A DNA stretch of 64,000 nucleotides from Promethearchaeota archaeon (GCA_048938105.1 JBHLMN010000004.1:160001-224000); one strand, 5' to 3'; shown: positions 20,533 to 30,190, counted from the stretch's first letter. A program made the numbers and translations. The notes: generated by a model from the letters alone, not told the origin.

Positions 20533-21627
20533 TTACATATTCTTTGTTCGAAAAACCTTTTGCTTAAATACTAGGAATGAGGATAATCCGATAATAGCAA
20601 AAACTAGTTCAAAACTTGTGGCAGTTACAGAATCAGTTTTAGAAGTATTATTACTTTCTTCAATTTGAATAATCTCAAGGCCATCAGACCCATCAGCTAC
20701 GTAAACAAGATTGTTAACCCCAAATACATCTTGTCCTTGCCCACCATCGTTGTACTCTCCTAGTTTTATGGGATGAATGGGGTCATTTATTTCTATTATC
20801 TCCAATCCGTCTTCCCAGTCTATAGTGTAAGCAATATCGCCAATTATATGAACGGCTACAACATCTCCCCCATCATGAAATTGACCTAATTCAATAGGAT
20901 TTTGGGGATCATTAACGTCTAGAATCTCAAGTCCATCTTCTTTATCTGCAATATATGCAATATTATCAATAACAGATAATTCAACAGAGTGTCCACCGTC
21001 AAAATATTGACTTAATTTAGTAAGAATAGTGCGTTGGCTAACGTTAAGAATCTCTATACCATTTGTGTATTCAGCAGCATAGAGAATATCATCTATCATC
21101 TGAAGGGAAAATACTGATCCACCATCGTCAAATTCCCCAATTTTTATCAGATTGGAAGGATTAGTAAGATTTAAAATCTCTATACCATTATACCAATTAG
21201 CTAGATAGCCAATATTACCCTTAGGAATAAGTTGATGAGCATCTGAAGCATAATACTCTCCCAGTTTAGTGGGATGTGAGGGATCACTTATGTTAAGGAT
21301 AAATAGACCATTTGTATTGCAAGATAAATAAAGAATATCATCAACAACTTGAACTCCTCGTGCTTGCCTAATATTATATTCACCTAGTTCTACAGGATCA
21401 GATGGATCACTAATATCTAAGACCTCTAATCCATCTTCAAAATCAGCTACGTATGCAATATCGTTAATGATTTGGAAGTTTACAGTTTCTCCTCCATCAT
21501 TAAACTGTCCGATTTTCGTTATTTTTATTTGTGTAGTTGTTTGAGAAAAAACTGGAACTATTATCAAAATATTTTGTAGACAAATCGCGAATACATAGCA
21601 AACAATTATTAATTTGCCTTTTCTCAG
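20533..21627 (-). CDS. LVIVD-repeat surface protein with C-terminal anchor (probable CTG start)
   Basis: AYVADFEDGLEVLDISDPSDP repeats; C-terminal TSFE + TM + basic tail. Extending from TTG 21567 to CTG 21627 restores a full signal peptide behind a GGAGTGA ribosome-binding site. Confidence 0.85.
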   Translation of the reverse strand: MRKGKLIIVCYVFAICLQNILIIVPVFSQTTTQIKITKIGQFNDGGETVNFQIINDIAYVADFEDGLEVLDISDPSDPVELGEYNIRQARGVQVVDDILYLSCNTNGLFILNISDPSHPTKLGEYYASDAHQLIPKGNIGYLANWYNGIEILNLTNPSNLIKIGEFDDGGSVFSLQMIDDILYAAEYTNGIEILNVSQRTILTKLSQYFDGGHSVELSVIDNIAYIADKEDGLEILDVNDPQNPIELGQFHDGGDVVAVHIIGDIAYTIDWEDGLEIIEINDPIHPIKLGEYNDGGQGQDVFGVNNLVYVADGSDGLEIIQIEESNNTSKTDSVTATSFELVFAIIGLSSFLVFKQKVFRTKNM

Positions 21628-21728
21628 GTTGTGTCACTCCTGGTCAGTATTTATTCATGATTTCTTCTTTTTCAAAATAAATAATGTGAAATCTCTCTAT
21701 TGACTAGCTGTTCATCACTAATTATATT

Positions 21729-22877
21729 TCATTTAAACCTAGGTCTTAATTTTGAACGGATTTTAATATCCAAAATGAAACCAGTTAATACAAAGATAAC
21801 AAAGTACATCTCAAATCCTGGACTTGAATTTGAAGTTTTTATATCATCTTCAAACGATATCTCGATAATTTCAAGGACATCGTCCCTATCAGTCATAAAG
21901 GCAATGTTATCACTTACAAAAACGTCGGTAGCATGTCCACTGCCATCATGGTACTGGCCAATTTTAGCAGGATTAGAAGGATCGCTAATATCAAGAACTT
22001 CCAATCCTTCATGAAAATTTGTAACATATGCTAAATCCCCTTCAACAAATGTTTCCATTGTAAAACCCCCATCATGGAACTCAGAAACTTGTGTTATATT
22101 AGTAGGGTCATGCACATCGAGAATTCTTAACTCCCCAGATTCATCATGATGATCAGCAGCAAAGAGATAATTATTGTAGACAAAAGGATAAATAAAATCT
22201 ATTTCATAACGTATATAGTTCCCTAATTCGAATATATTACATGGATTACTAATATTCAGAACTCTTATTCCAGTATATTGAGTACAGTGATCAGTTATAT
22301 ACATTAAATTGTCCTTGATAAAGAAATCATGAAAATATCTTCCAATAGGTTTATACTGGCACAATTCATTAGGATGTGCGGGATCACTTACATTAAGAAC
22401 CTCTAATCCATCTGCATTATCCGCAAGAAATGCTATATCCCCTAAAACTTGAACGTGAGTTGCATATCCTCCATCATTATGACTTCCGATTTTTTTAGGA
22501 TTGGTAGGATCACTAACATTAATAATCTGTAATCCTTCCTCTTTAGCTGTAAGATAAGCGGTTTCTGTTGTAACAAATAAGGAATTTGGGAGTCCATCTA
22601 TGAAATAAGAACTCAGCTTTTTAGGATTTGAAAGATCAGAGATGTCAATTATTACAAGACCACCAGGATTGTCATCGGTTGTATCTACAACATAAGCGAG
22701 ATCACCTATCACTTGAACATCGTAGGCTTCACCATTCGTGTCAATTTGCCCCACTTCTTTCAGTATAATTTTTTGGTGAAATGCTACTGGAAAAATGATT
22801 TTTCCACAAGTAATTGTAAATAGACAGATAATCCCAATTGTAGGAATAACTTGTTTTCTGTTAAGTCTTATCCTCAC
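21729..22877 (-). CDS. LVIVD-repeat surface protein with PGF-CTERM-like anchor
   Basis: GLVIIDISD.SNP repeats; signal peptide; C-terminal SPGFE + TM + basic tail. Confidence 0.88.
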   Translation of the reverse strand: MRIRLNRKQVIPTIGIICLFTITCGKIIFPVAFHQKIILKEVGQIDTNGEAYDVQVIGDLAYVVDTTDDNPGGLVIIDISDLSNPKKLSSYFIDGLPNSLFVTTETAYLTAKEEGLQIINVSDPTNPKKIGSHNDGGYATHVQVLGDIAFLADNADGLEVLNVSDPAHPNELCQYKPIGRYFHDFFIKDNLMYITDHCTQYTGIRVLNISNPCNIFELGNYIRYEIDFIYPFVYNNYLFAADHHDESGELRILDVHDPTNITQVSEFHDGGFTMETFVEGDLAYVTNFHEGLEVLDISDPSNPAKIGQYHDGSGHATDVFVSDNIAFMTDRDDVLEIIEISFEDDIKTSNSSPGFEMYFVIFVLTGFILDIKIRSKLRPRFK

Positions 22878-22901
22878 TTTCTTAAATCCTTCTTCACGTT
22901 C

Positions 22902-23129
22902 TTAACTACTAATAGCGTAATAACAACGACGTGTATCTGTTATGTCAGGGATTTGAATAATCAACTGAGCATTCATTAGTCGTCGCAACGCATAACGGAT
23001 AGTCCGTATAGAATAAGTTGTTTCAGATACAAGCTCTTTAGTTGAGAGAGGTTCGTGGGTTTGTATGATAGAATATACTATCTGAGCAGACGGAGGCATA
23101 ATATTCAATAAATCCATATTACTTATCAT
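22902..23129 (-). CDS. Small winged-helix DNA-binding protein
   Basis: PPSA..VY..I....PLS.KEL..ET.YS.RTIRYALRRL, an archaeal wHTH pattern; first gene of the LVIVD cluster. Confidence 0.8.
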   Translation of the reverse strand: MISNMDLLNIMPPSAQIVYSIIQTHEPLSTKELVSETTYSIRTIRYALRRLMNAQLIIQIPDITDTRRCYYAISS

Positions 23130-23498
23130 TCTTGAACCACATTACAGTTTTTATCTATACTACTCCTATTTTTTAGGTGATTTTCACCGAAATTTCGTTT
23201 AAAACGATTTTCAATCATTTATAGGAATGATTCACATCATCTGCATTAAGTCTGAACTATAACTTTTAAGGCTTTGCTATAGTGCAATATCTAAAACTTA
23301 TTAGAATGATATTATGGATTAAAAATTACACAATTCAAAAGTTTTAAATATAGGTCAAAAGAATATGTAGTGCAATCGTATAAAACTCTTTGTTGATAAT
23401 AACAATCTATCCAGATTCGTAAGAGAAAATATCTCTAGGGCCATATTGTCAAGGTAAAAAATAAGTAGGTATAAAAAAATTATAAAAAGGAAGTTGTC

Positions 23499-24119
23499 AT
23501 GAGCTCTATCTCCGGTTCCATTCCTCCTAGGACTTTTCAAATTCTTCAAGATGAAACTCGATTAGCAATCATTATCTGTTTGCAAATTTACCATCAATTA
23601 ACAGTCAAACAGCTAAGTGATTTCCTTCATAAAGGAAAGACAACAATCACTCATCACTTACGAAAATTGGATGAAGCTGGAATCGTCGGCTGGAGAGAAA
23701 GAGAAGAAGATAGGAAAAAATACAAAACGAGATATTATTTTATTAGTGATGACAATCTAAAAAGAGGGGTTGGAATCACAAAGAAAATAAGCGAATTTCA
23801 TGATAAAGATTCAATTTTTCGAATAATGAAAACAGAAGCCGCAATAACCTATAATCTTATGGAATGGATGATTGATTTTACTGAAAAGCAGGAAGCTGAC
23901 CTAAAATCGTTGAAAGAACGCGGTAACTCTTTCATTCGAACTTTTATCCTCACACCCGAAACACTTCCTATCTATCAAGAAGGTATGCAAAAAATTGCGG
24001 AAATGATAGAGTTAGAAAATAAAAAATCTCAAGATTCCCCTGTTACCCATATTAGTTCCCATGTTTTTGTACAGATTAAAGATATCTTAGAATGGAAACA
24101 AAAACTCAAAAAAGAATGA
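23499..24119 (+). CDS. ArsR-like winged-helix regulator
   Basis: ETRLAII..L....LTVKQLS..L.KGKTTITHHLRKL.EAGIV. Confidence 0.85.
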   Translation: MSSISGSIPPRTFQILQDETRLAIIICLQIYHQLTVKQLSDFLHKGKTTITHHLRKLDEAGIVGWREREEDRKKYKTRYYFISDDNLKRGVGITKKISEFHDKDSIFRIMKTEAAITYNLMEWMIDFTEKQEADLKSLKERGNSFIRTFILTPETLPIYQEGMQKIAEMIELENKKSQDSPVTHISSHVFVQIKDILEWKQKLKKE

Positions 24120-25240
24120 CCCGGAAAATATTGAATATGAGAAAATTCAACATTGTTGAGATTGAAAACAGCTATTTAAATTTCTTTACACCAGCTATGA
24201 TTATTGCGGCTGGAATATTCTTACTCTACTTATTTAATTGGCCCTTGTCCTTTCTCCAATGGATGATATACGAATCTAATGCAAATATCAATCTAGATAT
24301 AATGAGCGCAATAATTGCCAATATTACAGGGATTGCAATCTGTTTTATTACTTATTTTATCTTCATTCCCCGTTTAAAAGTTCAAGATGCTAAATATAAC
24401 AAAATTAATTCAATAAGCATTATTACAGTTTTTATTGTCTTCCTAATTATCATCTTTTTTAGGTTGATAATGACAAATCTATTCGAATCCTTAGACATCA
24501 CCATTTATTTGGTTCCTCCATGGTTTATGGATTCCTACAATCTCTTATTTAATCCAATGATTTGGATTTTATTTTTATCTTATCAGTTTTTTATTCTCCC
24601 CATATATACAGAGCTACTTTATCGCAGAACAATTATTCCTCTTTTAGAAGATCGCGGTTTGTCCCCTTTTCTTGCAGTAATCCTCTCAAGTTTAGGATTC
24701 TGTTTATTATTTTTACCTCAGTATTTTCAACCAACTAATTATCTTGGGACATTATATTGGTTCATTTCAACTTTCTTATTTGGGTTAGGTACAGGTTTGA
24801 TCTATATACTTACACGGAATATCCTACTCTCAATCCTTTATACGATAATCTATTATGTCTTTCGTTTAAGTGGGGAGATAGGTACTTTTTTCCAAGATAA
24901 TTTCTTATTAATGATTCATTCTCTTCTTAGTATAATAATCTTGATAAGTGGTTTCATCCTAGTTATCTATGTTGTTTGGAATTTATATCAGACGAAATCT
25001 ACTGTAACATGGGTACACATCATTAGGACACCTTCAGCCCCAAAAATTACTCGTGGATTGATCGGTTACTTTGCTATTTCGTTGGTATTGGTGAGTATTC
25101 ATTTTATAATATCGAATTTTATTTTAAAATTCCTCTCCTCTGATATGTTATTGATGTTTGCAGCAAACTCGTTTTTTTACCTGATAGCGTTTTCTATTCC
25201 ATTTTGGTTAACCATAACCTCAGAATATGCTCAGTATTAG
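24092..25240 (+). CDS. CPBP (CAAX/Abi) intramembrane protease-like protein, catalytic motifs apparently degenerate
   Basis: Multi-TM protein; PIYTELLYRR (cf. EExxxR), A.ILSSLGF, GLIY..TRNI..SI; the expected His residues are absent. Confidence 0.7.
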   Translation: METKTQKRMTRKILNMRKFNIVEIENSYLNFFTPAMIIAAGIFLLYLFNWPLSFLQWMIYESNANINLDIMSAIIANITGIAICFITYFIFIPRLKVQDAKYNKINSISIITVFIVFLIIIFFRLIMTNLFESLDITIYLVPPWFMDSYNLLFNPMIWILFLSYQFFILPIYTELLYRRTIIPLLEDRGLSPFLAVILSSLGFCLLFLPQYFQPTNYLGTLYWFISTFLFGLGTGLIYILTRNILLSILYTIIYYVFRLSGEIGTFFQDNFLLMIHSLLSIIILISGFILVIYVVWNLYQTKSTVTWVHIIRTPSAPKITRGLIGYFAISLVLVSIHFIISNFILKFLSSDMLLMFAANSFFYLIAFSIPFWLTITSEYAQY

Positions 25241-25290
25241 AAGAAGTTGAGTTAATGTTCGATTGAAGAAAAAAAGGGAAGAGGGGGAAT

Positions 25291-26223
25291 TTAATCTTTC
25301 ATACCGAAAGCAATTCCTGTCAACACTTTATTAGGCTTGTATTTTCCCAAAATAGCAGCAAATTCTGAGTCTCTAGGACCAATGAAGGTACTGAGTGGTT
25401 TGTCAGTACCATAATTATTAGAGACACATTCTTTGGCTATATTAATGATCAATGGTTTGTAAGCCTGTTCATTTCCAGGTCGAAACGCATGAAAGCGGAG
25501 AATAAGTCGTTCCTCTTCTTCTCCTGGGGCTTTGAAGACTAGTGGAGCTGAAGCCATTACTAAAGTATCATTTTTGAAAACCATTACGGCATTATTACCC
25601 TTTTCTTGTCCATCTTTAAGCACTCGGTCTTTAAAATAAGTGACGATGTCTTCATCAGAGCCAAATTGTCCAAAATATCGGCCATCTGTCTTAATCAGGT
25701 CAACAAGAAGATCAATATCATCCATGGTGGCAAGACGAGTTGTGAAATCCTTTTCTACATAATCAGATTTGTTAACTTCATTCATATCGATTTCATATCT
25801 GTATCCTTTAGATTTTTCAACCAACCCTTTCCCTTTAAAGAAATCCATAACCTTCTTATCATCTATAGAGGCATTCATTCGGATATCGTATTTTTTTGCG
25901 ATCTCCCGTTGTTTGACATACTCCAGCATTTCATCAAATAATTTATCCTGAACACCTTCTGGACAGTTTGGAAGAGCCCATGGATAACCAAGGTGAGTTT
26001 CTTCAATGGGATCATAATCTCGCGCTTGAATATAGGCTAAAGGGTTTCCTTCTTCATCAATAGCATATCTAATTGTCTTAGGATCAATTTTCTCACGCTC
26101 AAATCGTTCGATGATCTGTTGACCCGTCACAGGTTGAGTACTAGGATTATTTTCATTATATATTTTAGCTTGAAGTTCTTCAAGACCCTGGTTTGGTTCC
26201 CAATAACGGTAATTTACTTTCAT
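25291..26223 (-). CDS. Putative GNAT-fold protein
   Basis: Two acetyltransferase-like halves (THLGYPW, FFKGKG; TRLAT.DD). ATG 26223 is preceded by AGGAGTG; the ORF track starts at 26256. Confidence 0.55.
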   Translation of the reverse strand: MKVNYRYWEPNQGLEELQAKIYNENNPSTQPVTGQQIIERFEREKIDPKTIRYAIDEEGNPLAYIQARDYDPIEETHLGYPWALPNCPEGVQDKLFDEMLEYVKQREIAKKYDIRMNASIDDKKVMDFFKGKGLVEKSKGYRYEIDMNEVNKSDYVEKDFTTRLATMDDIDLLVDLIKTDGRYFGQFGSDEDIVTYFKDRVLKDGQEKGNNAVMVFKNDTLVMASAPLVFKAPGEEEERLILRFHAFRPGNEQAYKPLIINIAKECVSNNYGTDKPLSTFIGPRDSEFAAILGKYKPNKVLTGIAFGMKD

Positions 26224-26275
26224 TCTTGATACACTCCTTTTTATTTGTACAGTCAACGAAAAAAGGCTTTTTGAT

Positions 26276-26299
26276 ACATTCTCATTCTAATGAGAATGT
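26276..26299. promoter_or_regulatory. Perfect 11-bp inverted repeat, candidate operator
   Basis: ACATTCTCATT-CT-AATGAGAATGT between the divergent GNAT-like and wHTH genes. Confidence 0.75.
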
Positions 26300-26418
26300 G
26301 ATCTTAGGGATAAGAGAACTTTTAATATTTACCTATCGAGGCAATGATATGACATTAACTAATTTGTAGCGAAAAGATTAACTTTCAGAAAAGAATAATA
26401 ACAATTCAGTGTGAAAGA

Positions 26419-27087
26419 ATGTCAAACAAACAATTCAAAGATGCAATAACTTTTTCCCAGCCTTTAATGAAAGAAATAACTGATAATGATTCGATTAAGC
26501 TCTTTAAGGATAAAAATCTTTCATCTGTCATAGAATTCTTACGAACTCATAAAGGTCCAATGACTGTAACAGAACTAGAAAACGCTTTCAAGAATACTGG
26601 GAAAAAAAAATCAGATAAAACAATTTATCGGTATCTCAAAACACTTGAAGAAGCTAATTTGGTGATACAGGCTGGAAAAAGGGTTTTCAAAACTGATAAG
26701 AAAAAATTAAAGACTCAAACTCTCTATATGAGAACTGCAAAAATCTTTTTCCCAATCATGGACCTTGAAGAGAAAGAAGAACTTTCAGAGGAAGAACAAC
26801 AACAAGAAGAGAAAATGATTGAAGCTATTGGTATTTCAATTGGTAAATATATGAATGTTAAACTTATATCAACAGATTGCTTGAAAGAATTTTTGAAAAA
26901 ATTCTACAGGGAGGGAGCTTCATTACCAAGGACAATTATACAAAATGCAAGTGATGAGATAACAGATTTATTAACGGATCTAGATTGGAAGTTTATTGAA
27001 AGCGCTGTAAAAACTATCAATTTTCTGGTAATTTTGAGCGATAAAACTAATTGGCAGATAGAACTAGCTAATTGTTTCCATGATTAG
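26419..27087 (+). CDS. Winged-helix (ArsR-like) transcriptional regulator
   Basis: GPMTV.EL...KSDKTIYRYLKTLEEANLV..AG...LY.RTAKIF. Confidence 0.82.
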   Translation: MSNKQFKDAITFSQPLMKEITDNDSIKLFKDKNLSSVIEFLRTHKGPMTVTELENAFKNTGKKKSDKTIYRYLKTLEEANLVIQAGKRVFKTDKKKLKTQTLYMRTAKIFFPIMDLEEKEELSEEEQQQEEKMIEAIGISIGKYMNVKLISTDCLKEFLKKFYREGASLPRTIIQNASDEITDLLTDLDWKFIESAVKTINFLVILSDKTNWQIELANCFHD

Positions 27088-27105
27088 TTTACATCATTGG
27101 ATACC

Positions 27106-28491
27106 CTAATAGATGAATGGTACACCTATATCTTCGAGTTCTTTGCGTACATTTTTATAAAGAGTTTTGTATTCTGTTGTAGGTTTGACCTTTTGAACAT
27201 CATAACATTCTCGGAAATTTTTCCCAAGGGGAGCATCTGGGATATTCTCTTCATAGGTCTTTAAGAGAGTGAGTGTAAGCTCATTTGCATCACCTCGAGA
27301 GATTTTTTTCATTGCTGCTCCAGTACCAACTTCAGCAGCCATACGGGCTTCCATTGGGGTTGCATAATTTTTGACTTTGTTCTTAGCAACGGCCATTTCC
27401 CATAAATTTGCACCAGAGATGACAGAGACAAGCCCATGAGTTGCTGCTTCTCGCAAGACCATTTCAGTACACGGACCTGCTGCAGCAAATCCATTAGACA
27501 TTGACACGAAATTACTATTGCGAGCCAAAGCTTGATAGGTTGTTGAAATAACCCAGAGAAGTTGACGCATAGTATTACTAGTATGCTTCAAATGGAATGG
27601 GAAGTAATTCATGAAGTGAGCTTGGTTCACTAATAATCCCATCAAATGATATGCCACTCCCACGACTGCAGTTCCTTCAGGTCCACCAGCATAACCACCC
27701 ATAATAGGCCCAGCCAATGCTCCGACAAAACAACCATAAGTATGAAAGTGTACCATTTTATTTAGGAGAGAATTATCCACTTTGAGTTCTGTTATACTAG
27801 CTACAAAACGTCCATCTGTCAATCTTTCCCCCCACTCGGTATTACTAGCGGCAATTTGAGCAGCGTCCGATTCTGCTGTTCCAACACTTTTAAGAAAGAT
27901 ACCAGGACGACCGACTCGTCTGGCAGCTTCTCGGAACATCATCGCATGAGCGACCGATCCTTTCACTTCTGAAGGAAACCCAGAGCGTATGGGCATGCCC
28001 TCGATTTCAGGCAGGATTGGAGCACAGACTCCATCAGCTAGAGGCTCCTGTAAGTAAGCCATACTCATTGGGAGGAAGAGATCTTCATCACAAGTTATAT
28101 CGGGTGAAAATAGACAGAAAGGCCTTTGTGAATCTTCAATTTGTCGACTGGAGATTTCTTTAGAATCCCGTCCGAAACCTAGCGTGAATCTCCCAGGGAA
28201 GTTTCCAAAGGCTTCCTTTATTTCATCTTCAGTGAACAGAATCCTACGATGAGTATCAGTCACCAAAGTTCCAACTTCGAGATATAAATCCATAGCAGCT
28301 TTCCAAAGGCTATCAGCTAGAGTATTGTCTTGTGGAACGGGTATTGCAGGATCGAAACAGATATCATATTCCTTAACAACCCTTCGAAGTTCAGGAACAA
28401 GAAGTTTGAGATCAAAATCCCCTTCTAAGCAAATAGGACCATTTTGTGCTCTGTCCAACACTTCATTGATACGCCATGGCGGTGTTACCAT
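27106..28491 (-). CDS. mtmB: Monomethylamine methyltransferase MtmB-family protein lacking pyrrolysine
   Basis: RA..GP...E..FD, D...P.D..LAD, GRPG, ELK.D, P.MGGYAGGPEG, AGPCTEM, TPMEAR, G..F.ECYD; 461 aa with no in-frame TAG. The symbol denotes the family only; the substrate is uncertain. Confidence 0.88.
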   Translation of the reverse strand: MVTPPWRINEVLDRAQNGPICLEGDFDLKLLVPELRRVVKEYDICFDPAIPVPQDNTLADSLWKAAMDLYLEVGTLVTDTHRRILFTEDEIKEAFGNFPGRFTLGFGRDSKEISSRQIEDSQRPFCLFSPDITCDEDLFLPMSMAYLQEPLADGVCAPILPEIEGMPIRSGFPSEVKGSVAHAMMFREAARRVGRPGIFLKSVGTAESDAAQIAASNTEWGERLTDGRFVASITELKVDNSLLNKMVHFHTYGCFVGALAGPIMGGYAGGPEGTAVVGVAYHLMGLLVNQAHFMNYFPFHLKHTSNTMRQLLWVISTTYQALARNSNFVSMSNGFAAAGPCTEMVLREAATHGLVSVISGANLWEMAVAKNKVKNYATPMEARMAAEVGTGAAMKKISRGDANELTLTLLKTYEENIPDAPLGKNFRECYDVQKVKPTTEYKTLYKNVRKELEDIGVPFIY

Positions 28492-29157
28492 TTACTTCGA
28501 CCTTTTTTCGAGTAATTTAGTAGCAAGTTTTGCTGCTCCAACTGCGGTTTCTGCCCATCCATCGGCGCCTATTTCTTCTTGCCAAGTTACAGTCGTTGGG
28601 GCTCCCCCAATGATGACCAAATAATTATCCCGTTTACCCAAAGCTTCAAGTAGTTCAAGAACTTCTTTTTGTGACATCATAGTGGTGGTCATTAATGCAG
28701 AGAGGGCGATTATATCTGCCTTCACTTCATCAGCTTTCTCAATGAACTGCATTGAAGGGACATCTTTTCCTAAGTCAAAGACTTCAAATCCCGAGACTTC
28801 TAGCATAATTTTTACAATATTTTTCCCAATTTCGTGAATATCCCCATGAACGGTACCGAGTACAACTTTACCTTTCGTTTCCAACCGTTCTGTAGTGGAT
28901 TTCTTGATGTGTTCTGTCAAGACTGAAGTGGCTGCCTGCATTGCTTCTGCAGCTCCCATTAGTTCGGGGAGAAAGATATCCATTCGATCAAATTTATCCC
29001 CTATTTCTTCCATTGTAGGGCTTAAGACATCATCAATTACTGTAAGTGGATCAACTTGATGCACTGTTATGAGCTCATTAGCGATTTCTTTGGCTTTGTC
29101 AGGCTCGTATTCCTCTAAAGATCTCTTTAACGCTACAAAAAGGCTTTCCATGGTCAT
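28492..29157 (-). CDS. Methyltransferase cognate corrinoid protein (MtmC/MtbC/MttC family)
   Basis: FLPELM.AA, GTV.GDIHEIGKNIV (DxHxxG), SALMTTT, IIGGAP. Its stop codon abuts the mtmB ATG. Confidence 0.93.
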   Translation of the reverse strand: MTMESLFVALKRSLEEYEPDKAKEIANELITVHQVDPLTVIDDVLSPTMEEIGDKFDRMDIFLPELMGAAEAMQAATSVLTEHIKKSTTERLETKGKVVLGTVHGDIHEIGKNIVKIMLEVSGFEVFDLGKDVPSMQFIEKADEVKADIIALSALMTTTMMSQKEVLELLEALGKRDNYLVIIGGAPTTVTWQEEIGADGWAETAVGAAKLATKLLEKRSK

Positions 29158-29336
29158 TTTTTGGTAACATCCTTCTCCTTACGGCTTACTATAAGACCTT
29201 AAAAATTACTGTTTTTAAACCCAAAAAGGGATGTTGGACAAAAAAGAAATAATATTGAAATAAATTTGAAATTTCAAAAGCTTTTTCAAATCTCAGAATT
29301 CATGAGAGATTTAATCAGAAAAATCATTCCACGCCT

Positions 29337-30170
29337 ATGCAATATTGGGATTACCATACGCATAATTCTCTTTGTAATCATGCCATTGGAACAATTAATG
29401 ACTATATTGCGTCAGCTATTAAGAAGGACTTAGCGGAGATTGGAATTAGTGACCATTTTCCAATGGATCTGCTCCCAAAGCATTTTCATATTTATGCTAT
29501 GCCATTAAACGAGTTTCCAAACTATATCAATGAAATCAAAAGACTTCAAGTGAAGTACATCTCACAAATTAAAGTTAAAATTGCTTCAGAAGTTGATTTC
29601 TTCCCAATGGCATTTAATAGTTATAAACGAATTATTAAACCCTATTTAGATGATTTCGATTATATTATAGGATCTGTTCATGCGGTTCCATGGCAGGGTA
29701 TTGACGCGATACCAATTGACGAAGTACAAGCTATTCCTATGATTAAGGAACTAGGTGTTGATAGAGTATATCTAAAATATTATGATACTCTCATGAAAAT
29801 GATTAAAACTAATTTTTACCAAATTGTAGGGCATTTTGATCTCCCAAAAAAGTATGGATTATTTCCTCAAGATTCTGACAAAATATGGCAGAAAGTATTA
29901 CAAGTTGTAGATCAGATTGAAAAAAGTGGGATGGTTGTAGAAATTAATACCTCTGGGTTGTATAAAAAAGCGAAACAAACTTATCCCAGTCCAAACATCA
30001 TTAAGGAGTTAATTCAGCGCAGGATTCCAATCACTCTTGGATCAGATGCTCATTCTCCTCAGTATGTTGGATTTAAATTTAAAGAGATTCTTGTGAAAGT
30101 CAAGAAGTGGGGATTGTCAAGTTTATGTCAGTTCTCAAATTACGAGAATAACCTTATTCCTCTAGATTGA
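29337..30170 (+). CDS. PHP-family histidinol-phosphatase (HisJ/HisK-like)
   Basis: DYHTH..LC.HA, GISDH, DYIIGSVH, GHFDL, EINTSG, GSDAH. Confidence 0.9.
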   Translation: MQYWDYHTHNSLCNHAIGTINDYIASAIKKDLAEIGISDHFPMDLLPKHFHIYAMPLNEFPNYINEIKRLQVKYISQIKVKIASEVDFFPMAFNSYKRIIKPYLDDFDYIIGSVHAVPWQGIDAIPIDEVQAIPMIKELGVDRVYLKYYDTLMKMIKTNFYQIVGHFDLPKKYGLFPQDSDKIWQKVLQVVDQIEKSGMVVEINTSGLYKKAKQTYPSPNIIKELIQRRIPITLGSDAHSPQYVGFKFKEILVKVKKWGLSSLCQFSNYENNLIPLD

Positions 30171-30190
30171 CAAGATAATATCGCTTATGA

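Noticed and set aside
27889-27891. Pyrrolysine (amber) readthrough in mtmB
   Set aside because: The codon at the Pyl-equivalent position is AAA (Lys) and the ORF has no internal TAG.
29265-29278. Palindrome TTTGAAATTTCAAA between the corrinoid gene and the PHP phosphatase
   Set aside because: Almost all A/T in an AT-rich spacer; could easily be chance, so not called as an operator.
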